Source of the DNA: Acanthaster planci
Lineage: Eukaryota
NCBI RefSeq assembly: GCF_001949145.1
Contig: NW_019091355.1
Span: 4,041,374-4,105,373, forward strand
Reading direction: 5' to 3'
Length of the DNA: 64,000 nt
This document shows, piece after piece, positions 25,201 through 35,300 of this stretch. The translations under genes and the position numbers were made by a program. Numbering within the stretch: the first letter of the stretch is position 1; every line of letters begins with the position of its first letter. Below the pieces are notes generated by a model. The model made no database searches. It was not told the origin of the DNA and saw only the letters and a program-made list of their open reading frames with translations.

Positions 25201-27943
25201 TAGTTTGACCAACACCGCCCTCAAGAGGGAGAGTGTGGACCGTCTAGAATCATTGGGAACTGGGCCCTGGGGCTTGGTCACACTGTTGCACCAGCGGCAG
25301 TCAATAGCCAATATTATTTTCGAATACAGAGGGAGCTGTTCACATGAAGGTACTGTAAATGTTGGGGGTGTCACTGACCACATATGCAGTAAATATTGCA
25401 GCTAACAGCAAAATGATTTTGAATTAGGTTAAACTTTGGCCGTTGAGTGTGACTGCTTTGTGCATACGCATTGTTAAAAAGCAGGTGACGGGCTGTCAAA
25501 GTAGTTACCACCCAACTTGCCCGGTGCTGTGTATTCTATGCATAATGTGAGATGTAGCAGTTGTAATCAAACGACGTTATGTGAAAGAGTTTAAGCATTG
25601 GTGGGGAAGCCAGTTTCAGACAAAGTCAATCTCTTTCCCTGTCGTCAGGGCCACTGCTTTGCACTTGCTCAGGAAAATGGCTGGTCACATGCCCAGCTGC
25701 CCATCAGCGACTACATAATGCTCAGAGACCGAAAAGTGCTCGCCATAAATCACGGTAAGTGCCAGAATGAAGCGGAGGTGCCTTTGAAATAAGGCGTCGT
25801 TTTTCAGTTTGGGGTTGTGCGGTGGTGCCTCCTAGAGGCCGTGGCAGGTGTATGTATCCTCGAGGTGACTTCCTCAGGGGAGAGACATGGCCTTGTGTTG
25901 AATTTGGTGGCAGCGTGGTCAATTTCTGAACGCTCTCACTTGCATTTTAAATGTGAATAGGGCTGCACAGTATTATCACAAATAGGTCATTTGGGAGACA
26001 CTCTGTGGTAAATTTTTCAACCTTAGGGAGACATTGGTTATCAGAGAGACATTTCAATGTCATTTCAATGACATTTCAGACATTTCAATGTCTCCCTAAT
26101 GCTCCAACTACCAGGAGGAGGCCGAATTTTACCGTCCAAATCAGGAGGCCGAATTTTACAGTCCAAATTTTGAGAGATGATAGATTAGGGTCTAAAATGA
26201 AAACATGCAAAGTTTGGTTAAGATTGGAATAGGGAATATTGAATTAGGGGACAGTTGGAAAAATTTTGTGCACATTCTTATGGGAATGTATCTCTAATGA
26301 CCCATTTTCGGTAATCATTATTATTATTATTATAAAGCATTTCTGGTAATGACACCAAGGATTCCTCAAAAGCACCCTAGGCACTGTAGCTCGCAAGCCT
26401 GAAGAAACCTGTAGAGAGGAGACAGTGAGAAGCAGTTGCAGTTTTAGAGCTGGGAGGAAAACGTGTTTGCACATGTATGATAGTGTTAACGCGTATGTCT
26501 GGTGATCTTTTAATCTCCTGAGGAATGACAGTAGGGATGCCTGATGCATGATGGGGGTAGGTTCCGGGGTTTGGGAAACCAGGGGACGTCAAGTGTGTCC
26601 AGCCGGGGATATGGAACCAAGGAGTATTGGCGTAACTGTCGGGGGATTTGACTGCATGTTTTCAATGAGGAAATTGTGTTGTGGATATTGGGGAACCGGA
26701 CTAATAAGATCTCCATGGTTGAGAATGGGGAGGGGGGGATTTGGACGGCGTCTGAAGGAATGCAAAAACTACTAAGTGAAAGGAAGGAGTAACTGGTTAT
26801 AGTGGACCATTATTTTGAGCTAAGATGGTGTTTCTTCAGGACTGTGAAATCAGGACCGGGTGGGGGTAAATGGTAGAGTGTTGGGAAAAATTAGTCTGAG
26901 CAGAGCTGCCGGGGAGTTCACGTCGAGTTGGCTGCTCAAAGTATTTTACTTAGTGTGCAGATAACTGGGGCCGTACAGAGAGCTGCAACTTGGATTGTGC
27001 AAGGGTTCAGACTCGGTACTAGCAAAACAACTCGTGAGTACATGGACCCATACTGTACCTGTATTTAAGTTTGTAACGGTAGCTCGGCAGGACGAGGGGA
27101 TGCGCGATGGATTATCATGCCCCCTCCTTGCCAGTTGTGTTTCGTATTAGTGCTCATTCTGGTACCTCACTTGCTGAGGAAATGAGCGGAGGCAAGTAAA
27201 CCAGCTAGAGGTAGGTAGAAGAACAAGAATTATCCATTTCCGGGCATACCATTCCTTTCAGCGTCCCTTGTTTTTGGCCTAACTACATTTCCACCCAAAT
27301 GGATCCAGGCCCGGGCCAAATTACGCGCGAGCGGCGCAGCGACCGGGCTAAGTAGATCAGCAAGCGGAGGGTGCATTGACCTCAAAGCGAAGACAGTCCA
27401 GAGTGTAGATCAGCAATTGGGCCATTCTAAAATTTGGAGGCCCATTTTGTCCTGTCCCTGGTAGATCTGAAATATGACTTGTTCATTTCAGAACACAGTC
27501 CTTGATTTCCAAGAGTCATTAAGTACTGCAAATTACACAGGTCAGGTGAAACTGAAAAACATGTCACGCATCGGACCCCAAATTTGTAGAATGACCCACT
27601 TGACAATGGAACATTTTCAGTTTTCCACTAAAGACAGGAAGTGTAAAGCTCCAATTCTTACTTGCTTTCTCAACTTTTTGGTTGACTTTTATTTGGTCCA
27701 GTTCTCACTTTTCATTGCATTTTCCTTCTTTTCACGCGATCACCAACAGTCTACGAGATACTACTTGCCTTCATCAAAACCAAGGACTGGAAGGAGGCGT
27801 TCTTGAAGGTCTTGCCCCAGAGGAAAGTGGCTGCCGTGAAGGAGTCGGCAGAGGTCAAAGGTGGAAGTTCACATGGTGCCAAGAACCCAGACAAGGTTGA
27901 TTTAGCAGCAGACGAGGCAACAGACAAAGACAGTGTGAGCTAG
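22073..27943 (+). CDS. TRMT10A: tRNA (guanine-N1)-methyltransferase Trm10 homolog A (SPOUT family); whole spliced gene, 316 aa
   Basis: join(22073-22254,22412-22583,23454-23603,24240-24386,25649-25754,27750-27943) = 951 nt, phases consistent. Motifs: SKNQMKK, RVAIDC.YDHLM, QVQRCYAENR, VYLTSESPN, VYVIGGLVDHNHYKG, HAQLPI, RKVLAINHVYEILL, WKEAFLKVLPQRK. Confidence 0.92.
22412..22583 (+). CDS. TRMT10A: TRMT10A exon 2 (LKEREKRK...RVAIDCTYDHLMNDL)
   Basis: Acceptor CTTCAG|, donor |GTGGGT. Confidence 0.9.
22884..23093 (-). repeat. Dispersed repeat copy 2 (uninterrupted)
   Basis: Reverse complement of 2040-2372 without the 2065-2188 insertion. Confidence 0.8.
23454..23603 (+). CDS. TRMT10A: TRMT10A exon 3 (EIKKLCKQVQRCYAENR...GYKSWD)
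   Basis: Acceptor GGCAG|, donor |GTAAGT. Confidence 0.92.
23650..23901 (+). mobile_element. tRNA-derived SINE
   Basis: A box TGGTGTAGTGG, B box GGTTCGAATCC, body ...ggttttccctgg...ggtttaactcccaac resembling V/Meta-SINE-type cores, (TAAA)n tail. Confidence 0.7.
24240..24386 (+). CDS. TRMT10A: TRMT10A exon 4 (VYLTSESPN...IGGLVDHNHYK)
   Basis: Acceptor GCGCAG|, donor AAG|GTATCA. Confidence 0.92.
25029..25087. mobile_element. 51-bp hairpin micro-MITE plus TTAA TSDs, copy 2
   Basis: TTAA|ccctaaccctcctcaatccttca-cctgt-tggaggactgtggagggttaggg|TTAA. Confidence 0.8.
25649..25754 (+). CDS. TRMT10A: TRMT10A exon 5 (GHCF...HAQLPI...RKVLAINH)
   Basis: Acceptor CGTCAG|, donor G|GTAAGT. Confidence 0.92.
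26046..26168. repeat. Two adjacent short tandem repeats (CATTTCAATG-like x4; ~26-bp aggaggccgaattttac.gtccaaat x2)
   Basis: Direct reading. Confidence 0.65.
26317..27300 (-). mobile_element. Decayed 3' fragment of a non-LTR retrotransposon (CR1/L2-like); 5' limit approximate
   Basis: Minus-strand tail AATGCTTT(ATA)n; broken peptides ..HNT..IPR..RQYSL.. and ASLLSFLRRLKDH resemble ORF2 C-termini (SL.SFK..LK); G-rich plus strand. Confidence 0.45.
27750..27943 (+). CDS. TRMT10A: TRMT10A last coding exon (VYEILL...LPQRK...DSVS*)
   Basis: Acceptor CAACAG|, stop TAG at 27941-27943. Confidence 0.88.
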
Positions 27944-28301
27944 CACAGGTAGAGTCTAAGTTTGGGGCGATAGAGGAATCAGATGGTGCTTTTTCTGCAA
28001 TTTAGCATCAGTTGTAGTTTATGGGAAGGGTGGACGATGAATTTATTTGACATTGAAGTTGCGGTGGCGTGGGAATGGGTCCGATAGAGATCTAGGTGGG
28101 CTCCAAATTGAACATGACCTTGAGCCTCTCGACTGTGATGCTTTAATTTTGGGGAAAAAAACACTGGCAGTGGAATAAGTTAGGATTTTTTCTCTTTTGA
28201 GGGGCCCAGTTTGGGACGAACTGAATTGTATTTGTCAAAACCAGTACATTATTATGAATGAATTTGAAAAATCAAGAAAAACAGAAGATTTGGACGCCCA
28301 G

Positions 28302-28549
28302 GGGCGTGGTTTGGCGACCCCAGCCATGAACTGGTTTCAGCTCTGGTGTCACTGGTAAAGCGTCGCGATTTGGTCATGCCTCTTCCTGTTCCGACCGAGT
28401 GAGAACCGAAGGTTGGAATTGATTCAGCACCGGTTCAAAATGGCGGAAAATAAACGGACAATTTTTGTCGCCCCTCGATATAAGTAAATTATTTATACGT
28501 TTTGACATCACAAACTTGTTCCTGGTTAGGGGTCGCCAAAACACGGCCC
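28302..28549. mobile_element. MITE-like element with ~30-bp TIRs
   Basis: gggcgtggtttggcgaccccagccatgaac / gttcctggttaggggtcgccaaaacacggccc. Confidence 0.6.
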
Positions 28550-28848
28550 AGAACATGCCCTTTGTACTCGCATTTTGTTTCATGCAAGACCTGGATATAT
28601 CCAAGTCATGTGGTCAGTGGGGCTCCAATCGTGTTTCATTGACTTATTCGGTACACGCAATAGTGCAGCCATCAGTACTGGTTAAATATACCATGGGACT
28701 AGGTGCAAAGTAGGCACAGTCGTGGCCGAGCTGAGGAATTACACGGCGACTTGCACATGTAGAGGATTTATGCGGGCTTTGTATACAGCAAATAATGAAT
28801 GTTTGACATTTGTGAAGTGGAAAGAATATTTTCATTAGGTGACAGATC

Positions 28849-29545
28849 NNNNNNNNNNNNNNNNNNNNNNNNNNNNNNNNNNNNNNNNNNNNNNNNNNNN
28901 NNNNNNNNNNNNNNNNNNNNNNNNNNNNNNNNNNNNNNNNNNNNNNNNNNNNNNNNNNNNNNNNNNNNNNNNNNNNNNNNNNNNNNNNNNNNNNNNNNNN
29001 NNNNNNNNNNNNNNNNNNNNNNNNNNNNNNNNNNNNNNNNNNNNNNNNNNNNNNNNNNNNNNNNNNNNNNNNNNNNNNNNNNNNNNNNNNNNNNNNNNNN
29101 NNNNNNNNNNNNNNNNNNNNNNNNNNNNNNNNNNNNNNNNNNNNNNNNNNNNNNNNNNNNNNNNNNNNNNNNNNNNNNNNNNNNNNNNNNNNNNNNNNNN
29201 NNNNNNNNNNNNNNNNNNNNNNNNNNNNNNNNNNNNNNNNNNNNNNNNNNNNNNNNNNNNNNNNNNNNNNNNNNNNNNNNNNNNNNNNNNNNNNNNNNNN
29301 NNNNNNNNNNNNNNNNNNNNNNNNNNNNNNNNNNNNNNNNNNNNNNNNNNNNNNNNNNNNNNNNNNNNNNNNNNNNNNNNNNNNNNNNNNNNNNNNNNNN
29401 NNNNNNNNNNNNNNNNNNNNNNNNNNNNNNNNNNNNNNNNNNNNNNNNNNNNNNNNNNNNNNNNNNNNNNNNNNNNNNNNNNNNNNNNNNNNNNNNNNNN
29501 NNNNNNNNNNNNNNNNNNNNNNNNNNNNNNNNNNNNNNNNNNNNN
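28849..29545. other. Assembly gap (N run)
   Basis: Run of N. Confidence 0.99.
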
Positions 29546-29990
29546 GAATGTTCCATTTACATTCAATCTGTCATCTCATGAAGCTATTCTTACCTCGCTC
29601 TCATTCATTTTCTGTGTATTTTGCTCTGTGCATCAGGAATCAACCACAGGGTATGGGCGACTTACATGTCTTAAGTGAAAGTGCACTTTTACAACTGGGT
29701 CAGAAAAATGTTCATTCGATGATCAAAATACTTTTTCATCATTTATTTATTTATTTGATTACGATGATTGGCTGTCAGTAAGAACCCATGACAAATCAGC
29801 ACCTGCAATTACGGATCAATCAAGCTTGTTCCAGCAATAGCAAAAACAACTTCAGGACAATAAAACCCGTGCTTCAAAACTTGTAATTTAAAAGCAGTGA
29901 TTCCAATACTTGAGTGTTTATATACAGTGTACAACGGTGGGTTTAACCTCACAATTCACTACAGCTTTTGTTCAGTGATCATTTTATTCC

Positions 29991-30049
29991 TTAAGCCTAG
30001 CATTCTTCAATCATTCACCAGTTGAAAGAATGGGGACTGTTAGGTTTTA
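29991..30049. mobile_element. 51-bp hairpin micro-MITE, degenerate copy 3
   Basis: TTAA|gcctagcattcttcaatcattca-ccagt-tgaaagaatggggactgttaggt|TTTA; same length as the other copies. Confidence 0.6.
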
Positions 30050-32140
30050 TATCAGTGCTCTAAAATAAATCAGTGTGTTTTATTTTTTAATGTTGGGCCC
30101 AGTGGACCAGCCAATAGGAATTCAGCTCCAATTATCGTCGCTATTCTGTGCTGGGAGCACTTAGACAGAAATTCAGACCTACCCTTCTTAGAGGATGTAT
30201 GACATGTGTAACATACAAAATTTCTCCCTAACCCATGAAATACGCTAACCAGATTGGTTCTGAGTTTTGGTGGAATAGGCCTGTGTACTGACGACACCAC
30301 ACTTGGTTGACATTATGTGCTTTGCTACGAAGGCGTTTGGGGCCCCCACGGTCCACAGAGCAATATACATGTAGGAAAGCACGTTACCAAAGAGTGGCAT
30401 TGTCAGTTCAGAGGTCTATTACACAGAGCAAGAGTGTTCCTACAGAATAACATTATCAAACTCCACAGCAAGGAACGCTGAATAAGTTATTTTGTCAAGA
30501 AAAACACTAGCCGAGAACCATTCAGAAGTAGTGAACTGTGCTTCACATACAGTTTGGCTGGTAACCAAACTTTGCTGAGCAAAATAATAATGGGCTCAGG
30601 AAATTCATGAGCTCAGAAGCTCCAAGAACTTTGCCTAGGGCCCTGATGTTTAAAAACAATGGTATTAATATGAAATTTACATTTGATGTGCAACAAGTGT
30701 ATAATTCCTTACACTCCTGTCACTTTTGTTCTATAACAAAAGCTTTTTCTCTTAAACCTCAGCAAAAAAATATTGCGCAAAACACACGTTGGTTTTTGAA
30801 AACATAGAGTATTTGTAAGAAGCTTAAAAGTTACATTATGTACAATCTTTACTTAATTCAGAATACATGTACGGTGAACAAGTTTGGTCGCTCGTCAGGT
30901 TTAGTGTTATTCTTATATTCTGGCATTTGACCTCTGACCTCAGCACATTTGCTGATCTATCTCTTTTCATCACTTACGTTTTACTTCTCCCTGTGTGTAA
31001 AAAGAGAAAACATTTGAAATATGAACCTGTCCAAAGAAGAGAAGAGAAGAATTGGCTTTGGAGATAGCATGTGATTTGTACTAACTGTAACTAAATAAAC
31101 TGTAAGAGATACTGGCGTCCCATTCCTCAGAGATGAATGGCTTCATCAGACATGTGTAAACTTTCCAACCATACAGGTACTGTACGGGCCTTCCAGCATA
31201 TGCCATCTTTTAAGTCTCAACTCTTCGGTGCTACAGCTACAAGCAGCAAGTGTGTATCTCTGCGTCATAAAGGCACACTGGAATGGTTACTTTCTGAATA
31301 TACAGGAACTAAAAAGGAAGCCATGAAATAGAAGGTTGAAGTTCCGAGTTCTGCAATACTTGCAAAGTGGTCAAATCTATGGAGATATTTTTTCGTGGTG
31401 TAGTATGATATTTACGGCAGAGAATGGAGTTGGATGGTATCAAACTGATCGAAACTCAAAATTCAAGCACTAGTTGAAACATTTGAAGCAAGATATGGGA
31501 CGGAAAGAACCCCCCTGCCTTTGTGTTGGTCATTGTTTGATCAGAATCTCAGGAATTCTCTACAGACTTCTAGGGGGATGTGTTAGGTAACAATAGGCTA
31601 GAGTGTGTATAGGGATTGGACAGGTGAGGGGGGGTACCCCTCCGTCCCATCTTGACTGGTATAAGTTGAAAACTACACGAAAGTAAGTGTGTAAAACTGC
31701 ATATACATGTATGAGTGTTCAAACATGCAACAGAGGCTTTGCTTGGTAGCCATCTTGCAGGGCAGTGCTTTTGGTTTCATGGGAAACCTCCTTTGTGCAT
31801 ACCCAGTGGAACAAAAGCACTGGTCTACAAGATGGCAGCCATGCAAACCCTCTATTACCATCCTTCTCTTTAAAATGCTAAAGAACATTTATACTTGTAT
31901 ATTTCACACACACACACCATGCAATGTATATTGAAATCAGTCTTCCCAGGACTTTGGACAATTTTTTTCCCCAAGGAAAAACTCATTTCAATATCCAGAA
32001 TGCTTACATTCTGAAATAACCCTGAAGTGCACGAGCATACAGTCAGGATTTACTGGTGGTTTTAACTGATGGTGAATAAAGTTACATCACAAGGGATTTG
32101 CTGATTACGGTGAATAAATACATGTGTCCGTCGGCACGTC

Positions 32141-32343
32141 TCAGTTGACTACAGCGGCCTGTTCGGGATTCCAGGATGATGACTGTCCGTCTTTTGGTGT
32201 TGAGATGTAGCGCAGCTTGGGTGTCTTAGGGGCCTGGGCCGGGGGGTCCTCGGCGCGGGACTTGGAGCCGGTCGCCGGCCTCTGGTCATGCTCAATCTTG
32301 AAGATGTCAGGCTTGCCGCTCTTCTGTCTCAAGGCAGGGTGAT
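32141..32343 (-). CDS. TBATA: TBATA-like last coding exon (DHPALRQKSGKPDIF...SWNPEQAAVVN*)
   Basis: Acceptor CCATGCAG|, stop TGA at 32141-32143. Confidence 0.75.
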
Positions 32344-35300
32344 CTGCATGGAAGAGGTCAACAACTGCATGAAGAGATTCATTTGTGAAGATGAAAAAAG
32401 GGTGGGATTTGAACCTGCAACCACCGGAACACCACGTCAGTGCTCAACCAACTGAGCTATGCCGTGCCTGCCTACAGGGGCAGGGATGGTTTCTGATTTA
32501 ACCACCCAGCTACTTTTAAATAACCAGCCCCCACACAAGATCTGATTTTTGAGCTTTTTAATCAATAATGAGAAACACAGATGACTTTTTAACACAAGAA
32601 AGGTCCAATGTACATGTACAATTTTGTCTGCATCTGAGCATGGCCCTTTACGTGAAGCTTTTGATGAAAGTTTTATTGGACGGCTTTGTGAAGTCCATTG
32701 AAAATTCCACAACCAACTCAGTTTAGCTACCTTCCCCTGTAAAGAGTGTGTCTCCCTTCCTCTCGGCAGTCGCCACCTTGCGCTTTTCCGCCTCCTGCTC
32801 ATAGGAGTAGCGGGAGTAGCCGTTGGCCGTCCCCAGCCGCCTCTGGCTGCCCTCCTCATTCAGGGTGGGGTCGGGCCTGTCCAGCTCCCCGTAGCCGTTC
32901 TGCAGGTTCATCATGGGTGGGGGCTGGCTGCGGGGGCGCTCTCCGATGGCCGCCTCGTAGTACTCTGGGTTCTGTGACCGCTTCCAGTATTCCTCCTCGT
33001 TAGAGATGGCGCTGCGGATCATGTCCAGCACCAGGTCTTTTTCTGTATCGGTGAATGGAAAAAAATTTGGATGGGGGTTTCTGAAACTACTTGTCACCTG
33101 CTTTTTTGTTGTTGGCGCATTAAACATCATTGACAATAAATCTCTTAGTGATAGCGGTGACTTGTTTAACCCCTTCACGACGGATGACGGTAAAAGCCAC
33201 CATAAAATTTGAGATCCTCAGCCCGCTTTTCAGCTATTATTCTCAGCCCACGCTCGAGCGAACACGGTGAAAGAAGGCAGACCCTGGCTCTTGTATATAT
33301 GGTGATTGGCCTTTGTGTGTAGCCCAGAAATGAAAAGACCAAATTTGCATCATAATCACCAGGTTCACAATAGTGCCCACTTTGAAAAGAGGCAACGGGA
33401 ATGTGGAAGCGTGAGTAGAGCCGCATGCCACTGAACAATGAGCCTTTTCACTGTGTAATTCAAAGCGTGCAGAGCACACAGGGCCACAAACCGAGAATTT
33501 GCAGTTTGGCAGGTGGCCTTCGTGGCCAAGCGAGGCTGGAATTCTTGGAGTCGGCTTTCGGAAAAAAATTTCCGTCGTCAAGGGGTTAAACAATCAGGAG
33601 CTGGCTACAAAAACAGTGAAGGTTATTTCAATCTTTAGAAGAGAAACAGGTTGGCCGTTACGTGTAAGCATGGATCCAAATTTGGCCAGTTTCACGCTAT
33701 GTTTTTTTAAGCTCGTTCCGCGTCATACTATTGACTGGGGTTGTTGTAGTAGCAGGTATTGACGGCAGCAGAATAGGGATTCAAAGAGCAGCGAATGCGG
33801 GCAATTCACAGTACAGTGCACCACCAAGAGGTTGACACGGAGAGGCCATTTTTCAAGTTTACGGTCAACAAAAACGTGGTTGCCTTGCCGCAATTAGCAT
33901 GTGAGCCAATGCCAGTAGACAACTTGAGGAAATTTGGGATGGGGACATTCTGTCATTTCCATGCAAAGGAAAGAGGGACGTCTTTATTAACAATACCACT
34001 CAAAATACACTTATGAATCCTCCACCCACACAATCATTAGGATTAATTCAAGTTCCCCGTGCCCTGGCGGCAAATAGACTGTCCATTTTCCACAATAGGC
34101 TGTGCGCGGCAACTTCTTCCTGGTGCACAGTATTCGTGAACTGTCCGCAGAGTCTGTGGCAATTGCCTGTATTTAGTTTTACCTCTCTGTCCAGCTGAGC
34201 AGAGCCAGGCCTGAACAGCATTAATGGAATCTGTCTGTAGAATCTGGCACAACATCTCCATCACCTTGAAAAAGAAGGAATAAACCTGTTACTTTGGGGG
34301 AACACAGAAATCAACTGTGTTTTAAAAAAAAGCTACAGCTATTGAGGAAATAAAGGATTAGCATAACTGCTTAATTTGTATATAATGCAAATACTTCTCT
34401 CAAGTACTGTTTGAACTTGGGTAGCTTGATCAGTTCAATATCCCTCAGGAATATCGATTTTAAAAAATGTTCGGAAAGCAGGTTGCAATCTTTGAAAATG
34501 GCCTTCAAGCAAATGTTAAAACTATTTGGACTAAACAAGCCGACTGATCTAGCCCCCCCCGGCAGTGTAAGACCAACACCATAAGCGGTAATTTCAATAA
34601 ACCACCTACTGATGATCTATGTACTGTCTCTTTCTGCCCACTGGTGATGGAAGCAGATATATCCAGCAGGAAATGAGACCGAGGGGTACCCCCCCCAACA
34701 TGTCCAATCACTATACACACTCTAGACCAGTGTTACCTAACACATCCCCCTAGATGTCTGAAAAGTATTCCTCAGCTTCCAGTGAGACAATGACCAACAC
34801 AAAAGGGGGGAGGAGGGTTCTCTCTGTCTCATATCTTGCTTCATATGGCAGCAGAGGGGCCGAGGGGGGCAGTGGCCTCCCACTTTTTTGACTTGGGGAG
34901 AAAAGCACCCCTTCCCCACTTTTGGCAGGTCCTTATAATGAAGCGCGATTTAATGGATCGATGTAGTAATGGCAGATGCAAGACGGTCTCACAAATCCCC
35001 CCCCCCCAAAAAATTGTTCTTTCACTGTTACTTGTGCCAACCGATAGTTTCCATTTATTATACACACGTATTCACCTCTTTTCACTACTGAAGGTAAATG
35101 TATAAGATATCTCTAGGATCATTTTCCTATCACCAAGACAGTATGAGCATCCTGGGTGCTTACCAGTGCTTCCTGGTCAACCTCGGGGGCGATGTGATGG
35201 AAGAGCTCCCTTGGTCTCTGCTTCTGGCGTGAGAATCCCCTGGACATTGCCCGGGACGGCGGAGGGATGAGGCGGCCGGTGTCAGCTGAGTAGACGCTTG

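Noticed and set aside
28768..29678. Long ORFs (243-279 aa) in the ORF track
   Set aside because: Artefacts of the N gap (poly-X).
32400..32464. Possible tRNA gene
   Set aside because: A and B boxes are present but acceptor and anticodon stems are not convincing; better read as a SINE head.
34830..34925. G-rich GGGGGGCAGTGGC segments (also ~55870) as G-quadruplex or element termini
   Set aside because: Too short and degenerate to assign without a search.
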